NCBI GenBank assembly: GCA_000934665.2
Contig: KZ538328.1
Span: 62,001 to 120,337, forward strand
Direction: 5' to 3'
DNA length: 58,337 nucleotides
Source: Catajapyx aquilonaris
Lineage: Eukaryota
The notes beneath the pieces were generated by a model, which was not told where the DNA came from, ran no database searches, and was given only the letters and a program-made list of their open reading frames with translations. Both the position numbers and the translations under genes were made by a program. This document shows, one piece after another, positions 14,901 through 28,200 of this stretch (position 1 is the stretch's first letter; each line of letters starts with the position of its first letter).

Positions 14901-17199
14901 GCCTGGAAGTTAGTGTTCCTGCAATGGTAATGTCATGCGGGTTGCCCTGAATAGTTAGGATAATCCGAACCCCAGGTTCGTACTTGGAAATTCCGCTGGA
15001 TTTCCACATCATAGGCATTAGAGAGTGTATTCGAGCTCTCCCCATAGTCAGTTGGTCGGAAAGGGGGTTAACGCTATGATGCGATTCGCCATATCATTTT
15101 AATGCGCTGAACCTGTCAGGCATTTTTAAAAAGTCCATGCATACATTTTGCATAAATTGAAACGATTTTTTAATAGCGTAAGTTATACACCGTGACACTG
15201 ACGTTTCACTTTCCGTTTATCGTTTTGCGCGGCATTTTTGTGCATCACCGGCATGTTCAATTTTTGGGGGGATTCATGCCCACGATTATCCCCTTTCATC
15301 GCCATGCTAGTTGACTTATTGTGTCACATTTTGCGTGTTTTGCCGTCATTCAAGTTGCCGCTCTCCACGGTATGCCGCTCCCTGTCACCCGGGGCAATTG
15401 CCCCAGTCTGTCCATCACCTCACTTGTTTGCCTACGTCATTTTGAAGGGGGATCGAGTGGGGTCTCTTCGTCATTGCTTACTACTCGGTCTTCATTCTAG
15501 TCAGTGGCACAAGTCCACAGAAACACGTTATCATATTTGTACCAATACTTTTTTGATTAATTATTTAGATCCGCTTAGAATATTCTTGTGTGCAAAATGC
15601 CACTGGGTGCAGACCTGTTAAGAATGTAGTGGACAAGGTTGCACTGGTTGCATCCACAAATGCAGTCGCTAAAGAATGCAGTCGCTCATTTGAAACACAC
15701 ACAAAAAATGTAAAACGACACCTTTGGCTCTGGCAGCTGCCGATCTTTTATGGCACCTCACGACATGCTTTATGGCAAGTTACGCCTTTTGGAAAACGCA
15801 GTGCAGAGGCCCATTTGCCCCTCTTTATGACCCGTCTCCTCAATGGTACTTGTGTGGTTTCCACTTGCGCATTAATTTCTGCTCAAAATAGTCGGCAAAA
15901 AGCCTGGAGCGAAAAGGTTAGTCTTGTCTCCCTCATTTTTTTTTTTTTTTTGTGTTGCTTTGGAAACTGGTCGCCAACAAGTAGAGGGGAGATCGTGCGG
16001 GTGAATTACGGCCCTGCTTTTCGGCTTGTTGCCATCGGTATCAGAAAAATGGCTGGCACGAGCGGGTACGCAAATAAATGTATATTCGTGCGAAGAGAAG
16101 TCGGGTTTCATTACAACGCCAGCGGCTGCACAAAGGGGTCTCTCCCCTACCTCCCTCTCCCTTCTCCCTAGACGCTTCCAGGAGAAAGGGAAAAAAATAA
16201 GTCTTCTTGTTTTCTAGCCATTAGCCACCCCTGCAGCCGGAAATATATTGCCCGAAGAATAGTCAAGGGGCTGGGAACATTCCGCACCTGAGACACTAGC
16301 ATTCGGGCTAATGAGTTTTGACGCATGGACCTGGCAACAAGGCATTTAGATGCGAAGTAAAGGGAAAGGACTCGTGTTTCATCCTAGAATGCCAATAGGA
16401 CTTCGGGAAGCCAAATACTTGAATATGCAAATATTGCTCGAATTCAAACGATGAGCGACAAAAGTATTCTTCTCACGTACGTGTGTGAACAAATTGGCGG
16501 AATACGGCTCGACCAATGTATTAGGAATGGTTATTGTAAGGATCTGGTAGGTGGGTCACCTCCCTGGGGTCACCGCCAGATTGGACCGTTTGCCTGCATT
16601 GTTCCGCCAGCATGCGAATACTGCCAGCTTATCTAGAAGGCGCCTGGGGACAAATTCAGGGGAAACTGCCGATAGACTCGGCTCCGACCATAATCGTTCC
16701 TTGTTCCTATAGGGGGAAAAAAGGCTGTTCTACTGGTTGGAATTTTGGCTCTTTGTATCAACAATTGACGGTTTTTGGACTAACCAGGAAAAACATGGGA
16801 GCTGGCAGTTCCTGCATTTTGGGTTCGAGAAAGATGAATTAACCACCCGTTGCCTTTCAGCCTCACTGCACTAGTAGGGGCTCTTGAGAAGGTTAGAAAA
16901 TAAGACACAAAACAAACTTGGTCGATGTTTGTGTTCCTTGGCCCCGGATCCGCTGGAAGAAAGCCTAGAAAAAGAGCGGCAGTGCGAAAGATAAGCGCAT
17001 CTGGAGCGATGCTATTGTTCCTCCAGCTAAAAGGAACGCAGGTGGGCTGGATACCAAAGCTGGAGACCCCCTTTTTCTTTTAAGAACCAGGTAGAATACT
17101 TGCGAAATCGGCCGTTTGGTGGGTATGCTGTCTATGAACCACCATCTGCACACCATATAAGGATGATATAACTTACGGGCAGATGGCATGATCAAGTTA

Positions 17200-17238
17200 T
17201 GTACAGTCGCGAGCATAAAGATGCTCGCGACTAGTACA
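17200..17238. repeat. Short palindrome, likely collapsed Tc1/mariner MITE
   Basis: tgtac-AGTCGCGAGCAT-aaag-ATGCTCGCGACT-agtaca: 12-bp perfect stem, with TA-CAG and G-TA termini. Confidence 0.55.
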
Positions 17239-20200
17239 TGGCCCCTGGTACAGAGGGTGCAGTTTAGAAGCGCTTACATGGGAGGAGCTCTAATCCAGGT
17301 CCCATGCAGAGCCGGCTGGATTTAGCGCTTGCAATTAAGTGCGGGTTCTAAGCCGGGAATGGATTCGGGGAGGGGGGGTGCTCGGGTGTAGAGAGAACTT
17401 TTCAATTTTGCTTTCATCGCGGATCCTCTGGACACAAAAGAGCCAATCCTGAATTCCAAAACCGGTCCGGTGCATCGTTATGTCCTGGCCGGTTAACATA
17501 ACAGTAGCCGTGAGTATGGGGAAGTCTGCCTGTAACAACGTGGGGATGTATGGATTTGGTAGAGGGGAAAAAAGAGAGTGGAAGCTCCATTTTTGGGCAA
17601 GTTTGGACAATAATTCGTGGGTGCGGTTTGGATCCCCCAGAGGAGTTTTCTTGTTGGCCATTCGGATCACGAACTCTGGGAGGAATCGGATGAGGCTTAG
17701 CTCCCGCAGAGCCCACCCAAAGCCACTATTTCACCCTCGATTCCACGCCTGCTAATGATCTGTGGCCGCCGGTTCACTTCTCAATGGGAACCTCCTCTTC
17801 TGCCATTAGTACTCTCGACAGCCACCAGCGCCATTTGGTTGCGGTCATCAAATTATTGCCGCCATGCCTAATGGGGGTTTGTTTCACATTTGCCTTCCTA
17901 CTTAATTATTTTTTGCCCTTCCTCCATACTATGAACGCCCAAAAAGTACAGTACCGAATGGAGTGGTTTTTATCGCACAGCTCTTCGCCACGTTCGACAC
18001 GTTTACCCTGGCGATTTTCCTCTCAAGCTTCTCCTATCAATCGGCTTGTCACTGTGAATGTAGCTGAGATCTTCATTGCTCACTAGCACATGCGGCTCGA
18101 CCAGTTTTTTCGCCCAAAATGTGTCAGTTTTCCTCGATCAACTTTGCCGAATTTATACCCATAAGTTTTTCAGAATAGGGTCCTAAGTAACCCATTTTTT
18201 CGACAATGTGTCCAAGGCACCGATCGCTGCTTTATAGGTCGTAACATTTTTGTTGTACCACACTGCCCATAGTTTGCGGACAATGGATTTTGAAGTCCAT
18301 GTGATATACCTTGTTTTTGGAGCGGCCAAAACACTGTCCTTAACCAGGGGTAAATGTATTAAATTTTTGATTCGTTCAGGCGGTCCATCCGCAGTGTGAC
18401 TCAGACCATATAGATTGAACCGTGGGGGACAGATAATGGTATAGGGAGTATGGGAAGTGAGGGAGTGGTCGACATTAATTTATTGCTGTTGTACTACTAG
18501 GGCGTTTTGGAAAAAACGCCGTGTATACTGCCAAAATTGTGCAAAAAAGATGGGCAGATCTATACCGTCGCGTTGGTATGCAGGACCAGAATGGATGCGA
18601 TATGCATATATGATGTCGATGACGTATTTTCCGTGCGGCAGGAAATTGCTTGCAAATAGGTTGTAATCAATTGTGAAACGTAATAGCACCGATGGTCATT
18701 AAAATTCCAAGGTGTGCAGATACATTGGATTGTGGTGCTGGAGGGAATATCGAGTAGCGACCCAAAGTGGGGTCCATTAGAGCTGCTGGCGAGCGATCCA
18801 TTTGGAGGGACTGGCTTTGCATGACAATTGCAAGACAGCAGCTCTTGTTTATAAAGCTGAGCATTGCAGGAGCCACACCTTTCATTGGGCAGTGTCGACA
18901 CCGCAAGTGCAGCCCTTGTCATGCCACAATTCAACAAATGAAGGCAGGAGGTGGTGCACCCATCAAGGCTGTATTTAATCGTTGGGGCCTTAATGAGTTA
19001 ATTATATTAAAATATGTTTCAGGCGATTTATGGCCAGCGTACGTACCGAGCGGACAACCAGTCAAAACGGCAAAGCCATTCAGTCTGTCATCGATTTGAG
19101 AAGCGTGCATGTTTTGCATATTCCATGCCACCGGATTGTGAATCCAGGTCGCGTTTGTGAATCCTCCGGGAGATAGTCCCCCAGGAGACGTCTGCTGAAC
19201 ATTGAGGCGTTTGTGCTCTGCAGCCAATCACCACGAATTGCGACCCCCTTTCCACGGAAACGCATTCTATAGCTTTTGCGGGACAAGATTATGAATGACG
19301 AGGGAGACTGCATGGACGGATAAGAAGTCATGCATTCGCGTGTTGACACTCCATTTCTGACCCCAGGCTGTCCATAAAGAAACGCAACAAGGTTTGATTT
19401 GGCACAATTCATTTTTCATGCCTTGTGATTTACACCGCTAGAAGCCGCTCGCACGTTCTGCCCTCTAGCGACTCATTGATTCTTAGCCGTGTCTGTCAGC
19501 AGTCTTAATAGCTCGCATCCTTTCAAGGGCGCATCAGGTGTTGGGTTGGGGGCCCACAGAACCAGATAAAAATTGATGGGCCATAACTAGGCGCGTTTCA
19601 CACTCTTCCATTCATGACATAAATTGAGCCGCACCTAATCACAAGCAGCTGAGTCTCGGGGATATACCGTACATCTGACCACTTGGGAGTTGGCGGCGCC
19701 CTCCCTAACCTTCGGAGGATCGTTTGGAGGGAGATTTGTCCCCCGAAGTGTCCCCAGTGGTGCAACCTTCCAGATAAGGAGGGTTTTCCTCCCGAAAGCG
19801 AGGGAGAATTCATATTTCATATATGTTGAGGTGGCGCAGTCCAAGTAGAGGGCGACATTACAGACAGCGACAACGCTGCTGGATAAATTTGACCGCAGTG
19901 GCTAGTAGCTCTCATGGGTCTGACGTTTTTACTCGTGTTCGTACAACATATTAGGCCTGTTTTGCATATCGTGCGTGTTGGAATAGCAAAAATCTCTGCC
20001 ACTGGTAGCCTTAACGTGCCAACTGGTTCTCTCGCTTTTTATAGGAGCTGAGGGTAAAAAATTATGCCAGAATCGATTACGTGTTTGATTAATGAAATTC
20101 TGGCTGCGCCCAGCCGCTGGATAAATATAGAGTTAATTAATAATTTATTTGCTCAAGGGCTATTTAAAAATCGGAGCGTGAATTGATTGTGGGGAGCATT

Positions 20201-23200
20201 TGTTGCTTCAAGTGATGGGGGTAGTATGGAAGGTTTCACGTGACCAGTAGGGTGTGATAGTTAATTTCGCTGTTCTGCATCAGGTCACTAACAATTTCAG
20301 TGATTGGTACATGTGCTAGGTAATTATAATATTCAATGCCGGAATTCTATAATGTGTGCAGCACATTGTAACTATTAATAATGATGTCCAACCGCAACAT
20401 TTTGCGCAGTTACTGGTTAGAAAGGATAATAATTTTTCGCGGAAAAAAAAATCGGCACGTAGGAAGTGGCTTTAGAACAATAGCAAGCGTTTCTCCTGAC
20501 TCGTAATGAATGAACACGAATAACTTGATTTGCAAGATGGCGCATTTTTCGAGTGGCGGATCTGGGGAGGCAAACAGGCAGGAATCGGGGAGCTTTGTGT
20601 GTTCGTTCAGGCAATCCTTTTGGCTTGACAGCTCAACCCTTTATCCCCCGCCTTTGTTTTTTTCCACTCTACCGCTCCATCGATTTTGGAGACTTAAAAG
20701 CCCGACCAAGTTGCTCTTCTCAGAGTTTTTTTTATATTGGCAAACTAACCGGACTCAGATGGCTGTTGCATGTTGCATTTGGTGTGCGCCACTTTGGATT
20801 GCATCGGCAGTCAAAGTGACAAGTCTGCTCCTTCAGGTTCCAAGTGTGTCTATTATATATACATCAGCAACATTGTTTATTAGGAAAAGGCGACATGGCC
20901 GCAGACCATTAACAGCTTTGAAATTGGTATGCCATCATTAGGCGTTGCAATTAGGGTTTCCTCGGCTACTTTCAGCTATACTTGTTGGCGAATGATGGTG
21001 CTGGAGAGGAGGGTTGATGGACGTTCCGAAGCGAGGCTTCAAAGAGACTCATCGAATCAGGAGGCGGAACGACACAAAACGAGCGTGACAAAACAGGCGA
21101 CTCTTGCTACCAGGAGAATGGAATAGAATTTGCGATATTGTCCCCAGGCTGCTCCGTACTTTTTTTGTGCTGAGATGGTTGGGAGGGATGAAAGAGGAAG
21201 AGACTATAGAGCGTGAGGAATCTTCAAAGCGTGCATAGAATTTATTACTCGACCGAAGTGACGGAAGGCATCCGCCGAATTATCAGCTCCCTGTCCACAG
21301 CGTTGGCATCCGAGACACTCGGCTAGGTTAATTCTCCACCCTTGTATGTCCATTTATCAAGTTTACTCTTCCGTTGCTGGCCAGCATACCCAGCTGGTAT
21401 ACTGTATATTCATTTCATAGAAAGCAGTCTGTCGGTGTACAGTGCTATCACTATGCGTACATGTTTCAGGACTTGCACTGCATCCTGAATTATTTTGAGT
21501 GGTTTTTCGTACATTTTTTCCTGCTCTTTCTGACTTCTTTTGATGGGGCTCCATGTTTTTCGGTTAATGAAAAAGCTCAATTTTGCTGTATACAGTAGTG
21601 TAAGTCAGCATTAACTATAGGTATGGGTTATTAATTTTCAACTGTAGACACTGTATGAAACTTTTAAATAATTTATTAGCGAGATGCAGCGGCACAATTT
21701 ACGTTCATACTGTGCACCAGTTGAAACTTAGATGCTGTAACAATATTTTGGCTTAGCTGCGGACAATTATTTGTATAGCATCTAGAGATGATAATAATAG
21801 TGTAAAACATGTTTCATGGATTATCTCAAAAAATCACACCATGGATGGAAATAAATACACATTATCAGCAAACATCTGCAGGTGCTTTTGGAAGCATGTT
21901 CTTTGGCCAGCAGATTGACAGTGAAACTGAATCTAAGGTCCAATCGATAAATGACCCAATCTTTCCCGCTGATGGGCACCGATTGCCTTTCTGTCGCCTT
22001 CGGAGCCAGATCCACTCAGTCCGAAAAAGACCCTTTTCTGGAGTCAGGCACCACTAAATCTCTCCAGGGCTCCCAGAAATTTGCTTTCCTCCAGATGCAC
22101 CCTCATGAATTTGGCGAGTCGGTCAATAAATCGCAAATCATTCTACCGCTTGCCCTCGGCATCATGCCAGAAACCTGCTCATAATCAGCGGAAGGTCGCG
22201 TCGAACCACGTGCCTTGACACTTTAACATTGCCTTTTTTATCGGCAGCCGACTATACTCTAGTCGTTTGTAATCACCTACAGAGTGAATTATGGCGAATA
22301 TTCCTGGGATATGTACTGTTCGACCAATATATGAAGGCTATAAATCTGCGCGTTAATTAAACCTCGCCTTTGCTTCAGGGTTTTTTTTTAAAAGGAAGCT
22401 TGACAATATCCCCTCTTGTAAGGCTAACACTGTCAAGTCAAGCGTATTTATGCATTTGCTTAGGCTGTCTCGATACGGCCGTTCTGGAGAGTGATTGTCA
22501 CAATAGCACTGCCGTTGCATACAAAATGGCCTGCCCTACTCTGGCGGATTGTGCGATGCAGGAAAAAATAAAAATTTCACTGCATTTTGTGCACAGGACG
22601 TGAAATTGCCCTCTTGTCCGGAATAAATCGCGTGCATTAAAATATTCCAGTCACATTGTGCTCTATGCAGGGTGGTGGAGGAGGTGTGCATATCTCTCTC
22701 GGACCCAGATTCCTTTACAGATGTTGGGGGGAAATTGCTCTATTTGATTTTGCCATTTTTGTCTCCGTGTTTCACATGCTATTCACTTGGCGAATACTCA
22801 ACCAGACCGTTTCGGTTTTGGAACATCTGTATAAGGAAGTCCGAGAGGAAGTGCGCACCTTTAGGCCCATATCGTATAGAGTAGAGGTTGTAAGTAGACC
22901 ATCTTCCAAGTCAGTGCCCTAGGTAATGGACGTACGCAGGCATACAACTCTCCCAGATATATACGTTCCCAGCTGCAAGACATTTTCATGAATAATTTGG
23001 ATTCATCAGCATCCATTTTAGTGTCTGCGGCGAACCGCCATTTGGAGCCGAAATCTTCCCACACCGCGAAAGAGTTGGTACAGCGGCCAAGTCGGTTTTA
23101 GAGCCGACCTTATCACTTCTGAGTCTCCATGGCCGAAGTAGATTGAAGCTGTTAAAAATGCATACACATAGGCGCAGGGGCAACAAAAGGAAGGAACCGC

Positions 23201-24962
23201 CGCACTGGCGTTATCCTGCTCGTCATGTGTTCCCCACCCATTCAGGCCTAACTGGAAACCGAGAGGGGGATTTTGTGTCTGATACATCCCAACATTGTAA
23301 ACGTGTTTTGTTGGCTACCGTCCCCTGTGGCTGGTTTTGACGGGAGGAGGTGGGAAATCCTTTTTCAGTCGTCGATGTCGATTTCCCTGTTTGAAGTCTG
23401 AGTCGCTGCAGTATCAGAGAGACGCCTCTGCGGTGCCAAGCTGTGTCAGAAAGTTCTTCAGTCGAGCTGGTGTGGAGGTTAAATTCCCCAGACCGAGTGC
23501 CCAATTCGTCTTGATTAATTATTAACGCGACCTGTACAGGCCCTGCAGAGAGGAGACTCTAACGAGGAACATGGCTGCTGGGAAGTGCAGACCACAAGGA
23601 GCAAGAAGCCAGGCTACTGGGGTCACGAGAGATGGCTTTCCATTCGTGGATGCGCAGTCGCCTTACGTATGGGGTCATAACTTGATTAGTTCCATGACCC
23701 GCGAGGTAGATTTTGGCATCAGCCTATACCGATTCATCATGTGGGTACTCTGGAGTGACAGATTTGTGCGATTACATGCGATCCTTGCTGGATCTGGCAT
23801 ATATATGGCTAAATGGTGTTAGAGCACTCGTATAGCGTGGGGAGCTGAAAAGGTATTGTAATCTAGTAGTAACTGGAACTACGTTATAGTATATGCCATA
23901 CCCACCCAGGCGTTTATAGTAGCCTACATCCGTACTGAGAATTCTGAAGATAGCGCATAACTCATTGACGTCACTGACCTGTTCCCATGTCTACGGAATT
24001 CGGAGCGACTTATGTCATACATTGATGCATGTAAATGAGTTTTTATGAATGGGACATTTATTCGTATTTGATTGTATTATTGTTTCAGTTATCAATTACG
24101 TCAATATTGTGGTGCATTTACAGATCCATTACATACAGTACTGGCCCTGTCCCATACTGTACAGGCCATTTGAACTGAATGCGTCGCAATTTTTGATGCA
24201 AATGATGAGCCCAGTAATAAAGAGTCGTTCCGAACTCCATACATAGTTGTGACTATCAAGCACCACTATAATATCATTGCATATTATTGCTGTAATCCTG
24301 TCGACGGAAATAGTCACGCACAGGATAATGACACACTATTTTATCATCGAGCATTGTTGTAGCTTTACCATACAAACGATAATCAGGGATCGAGCGATGT
24401 ATCACTCATTCTTTAAGACGGCATTGTTAAATTATCACACGCGTAATCTGCATAGTACACGGAACATGACGGAAGCATACCATGCAACCGTTCTACGAAG
24501 TCTAAAAACAACCAATTCCAACTATAGCCGACAGCAATGGCACACAGACAAGCAGTATTTTCAGTGGAGGCTCTCCTAATGTTGTTCATCCTGTAAGGCA
24601 GTCTGTACCGCAACGCAGTATTTGTGTGCAGAATTGCATAGGGATTAGGATGTTTGGGAAATGGGCGTCGGTTATTTTCCTCGGGTGAGTCGGTGGGGCT
24701 GGCTGGCTGGCTGACTTTCTGGGGATTCTTCCCACGCGCGCTGGATAACACGCAGGCAGTCGGCTCGAATTAGAGTAAACGACTGCAGTGTGTGCTTTTC
24801 CTCCGAAACCGAGAGAGGAGCCGAATGCAGATGGGCTTACTTTAGTTGTGTTTTGCGCCCCATGCTATTTTTGTTTGCGGTGTTTCAAAGGTCGGAACCA
24901 CACTGAATTCATGCCAGGTGCAGCATATGCAGTGTGCCAATGTATACTTTTTTTGTTTGCAG

Positions 24963-25267
24963 GTGAAAACAGTGTGTGGTCATCCCAGGCGGACGCACGA
25001 GGAGGAATCGACCACGGTGACTTCTGCAGTTTCTACCACGCCTTCCTCAGTTTCCTCAACATCTGTGCCAAGGGCAGTGGAGTCCCACGGGGTGGTTGAA
25101 ACTGGAAGATCTGATGGGATTCAGTTAGGACCCACTCTTCAGCGGTTTCTAACCGCCCTGCTGCCATCCAGGCGCTTCTTCGCCGAACTTGCCGACTCCG
25201 TTTGTTCCGACGGCGCCATCGTGGCGCCCTCTGACGCCAACTGTTGGAATGGACTGCGGCTCGGAGA
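24963..25267 (+). CDS. dally: Glypican (Dally/GPC3-5 type), internal coding exon
   Basis: Acceptor tttgcAG|GTG and donor GA|GTgagt (phase 2). Translates VKTVCGHPRR...RRFFAELADSVCSDG...NCWNGLRLGE, containing the glypican V..xCG.P, F..L...C and CWNG motifs. Dally rather than Dlp assignment rests on recalled family motifs. Confidence 0.92.
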
Positions 25268-28200
25268 GTGAGTACACTGCTGATATTTTTGTCGTCGGGG
25301 ATGTTTGTCAGCATGTTGAAGAAGGGCAGCACGTCAGACAAAACTTTATTTCATTGGACCCATTTTTACTGGGCCAATGCTGCAGAATCTGAGTGGTTTC
25401 TTTTTTCTTTTTTTCTTTAAAAAAAAAAGAGGTGAGGGGTCACTTTTCTTAACCTACGGTCGATAAGTAATGAGGTCTGCTGCATAATAGTCTTCCAATA
25501 TTTTTCCCACCGCCAGCAGGATGGTGTGCCCAACTATCATAAAACAATAATCAATATACGGGATGGTATCCGCCTACTTGGGAAAGATTCCAACTCTCTT
25601 GTCCGTATTCTCAAACTTGAAAATGAAAGGGGTAGGTTCGACGTCACCGTTCTCATTGAGCGACGCCGACAGAATTATAGATAAAAGGCGGATAAAAACG
25701 CGAACCCCCTCAAAAAACTGGGAGAGAAGTGTGTTTGAATCTAAAATCAGGACCGAGTTTGCAACCGAGATGAATAATTCAGGGGGAGGGGGGGGGGGGA
25801 TGTTTGAAACAGTGAGTGACAAGAGGCTGAGTGTAGCACTGGAGCCTCAGGTGTGTGTTACACGATAATCATCAGAAACAAGTCCCCGGCAGGCGATGGC
25901 CGCTGGGGACCGACATTTCCATCCATTTGACGGGAGTCCTATTGGGGCCTTATCGAGTTAAGGTTCTCGTGTACATGTTACGGCCCGTTGGGCTTTTCCT
26001 CGCACGAGCTGGAAATAATGAGTATAATGGCTGTCCAGCAGCACACTGATTTCCCTGCACTAAAAAGGACTACTGTCGACACTATTTGTATAGTGTATGT
26101 AATTTTTTTCTCAAAAAAAATTGGGATATGCAAACACCAGCTTGATAAAAAGGCCGGATTAAAACTCCTGCAGAGGTTCAGATTACCTAATTAGCTCGGG
26201 GTATGATGAAAAAGTGTGTTGTCGACATCTAGGGTGCTATGGCTTCTTGGAGCATTTTTGAGAAAGCCACAACCCTCAGGTAAGGCATGGATCGAAACCC
26301 ACTTGCAAATGCAAATTAAGTGGGAGATTTATTTGAAGCTGTGGGAGAGAGGAAGAGTCGGCATGATGTGAAGATATCCTTACCGATGCATTATTAAGCG
26401 AGCTTTCCTCCAACCCCCACGTTCTGCAGATGAGGGATGGGTGATTTATTTGAGCTCGTGGCCTCTCAAACTTCATCGCCTTGCCCGCCTATAAATGGGG
26501 TGTCAGCAGGGGTCGAGTGGAGCATGATCAAGAAGTTTGCCCACTACATTCGAGCACTGTCATGTAATACAAGTAGGGGGTGCATGCGAAATATTTTGGA
26601 GAATCGATACTCATGCGATGCATTCCCAGCAGGGTATGGGCTCGAGTTAGCTGTGGTGTTGACAACTCAGGAGCGTTCATTAAGACGGCAATCCAAGTGG
26701 GCAGGGCGTTTCCGTGGTTTCGTTTCTAAGGGTGTCGGCCTTTTGTCTCTATTCCAATATTCCCACTTTGAAGCTGCCAGAGACAAAGTACAAAAGTGTG
26801 AGTGCGGTAATAAAGCGGGGGGTGGAAATAGGGGGAAGCGGCAGCAACAGGAAAGTCCTCAGGATTGGACGCCTTTTGTTGGTCTCCGCCCTTTGTTCCC
26901 GGGGTTCCGCTCTAGCAAGTCGAGTCCTGCCCGCTCAGGAATCCGCAAGCCTCTCTTGCTGGCTGGCCCTGCTGCTTCAAATGGGAATAAATAATGCGGG
27001 ACACTCCCTTGTCAATACCAGTCGACCCTTCTTTTACATCAAGGGATTTTCAAGTCCCATTCTTGCAGGAAATGCAACCATTTCATTGCTATGCCCATTT
27101 GTCAGCAACGAAAAAAAATTAATCCTTATTGCCGAACCAAATGTGAAAAAAAATTGGCCAAGACCGGACCCAGAGTCTCATATGTTACCAAGGAAGCAAA
27201 CTGATCGCATTCCATTTTTCAAGGATGAAAATGGTCTGAGGAGAAGTCGAAAAGTGAAGTGTCCCACATTTCTCCACTGGCGCATTGATTTTTTTTACTG
27301 CGTGTTTTTAAGCGTGAGCATTATACCCGCTTACTGTCGACGTAAAAGCTGCGTTACAGGGGCTGGGGAAACCGGGGAGGGGAAGTAATTACACCCTGAA
27401 GCGTGCACTGGCAACATGAAGTGGACTCACTTTTGAACGCGTGCCTCACATAGTTCCGCGCGATGGTTGGATCAAAGGCATCGAGGCTGTTACACATCAA
27501 TTAAATGCTGTAGTTGCTGAAAGGGGCATATTTGTATAACCTACAGTACTCAGCAAATGATAGCTGAGTTTTTTTTTGGATGCATTCGGGCTTGATTGGG
27601 CTCTACATAGTGAAGAAAAAGCATCCCTGAATAGGAAAAGAAATGTTCGTAAAAGTTTGACCTATTTCTCCCGGCGATATCGTGTCATTTATTTGTGACA
27701 TTTATCCTTAAAAAAAGAAGTACCTAGGGATGAGTGCACCAGTGTTTCCAAGAAGGCACTTTTTTGCCCGACGGAACACTCCAGCATCCATCACCTGCCC
27801 TCTGTAGACTACACAGTGACTGCCACCTTCTACAAAGTTTTCGCCAGCAGTCGGACAATGAGAAGACAGACCAAGGAGAATGAAGACGTGAAAGCGGACG
27901 TTTCTGCCGTCTCATCTTTACTCTTCGCTGGCTGAAACTTGTCTCTCGTGATGGAAATTTTCTGAAGTACAGTCGGATGTTGTGAATGGAAACTTTTTGA
28001 GAAAGAAGTTTTGCACCGCCATTGGGAGCTACTTTTGAGAATTGACTCACCATAGTGCTATATATACATCCTTCACTCAACATTTTTAACAGCAGGAAGG
28101 TTAAAAACAGGCTGGCTGCAATTGAGCCAAGTGCGGTTATTGGACCTCACCTGCCGCCGCCGCCTTGAGGAAATATCAGTTTCGCTAATTTTGTCGTGGT

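Larger units (their letters stand above)
1..24962 (+). other. Probable large intron of the glypican gene (upstream exons lie outside the window or were not recognised)
   Basis: Ends in a strong acceptor (ttttttgtttgcAG, 24962) directly before a phase-0 glypican exon. No + strand segment in 1-24962 resembles the preceding glypican helix (ISEAIM..ENG-like). Confidence 0.55.

Noticed and set aside
13990..16171. ORFs of 182 and 193 aa as candidate upstream glypican exons
   Set aside because: No glypican Cys pattern, and they run through homopolymer tracts.
26437..27388. Long overlapping ORFs (185 and 224 aa)
   Set aside because: No recognisable domain, non-ATG or weak starts, intronic position and random-like composition.
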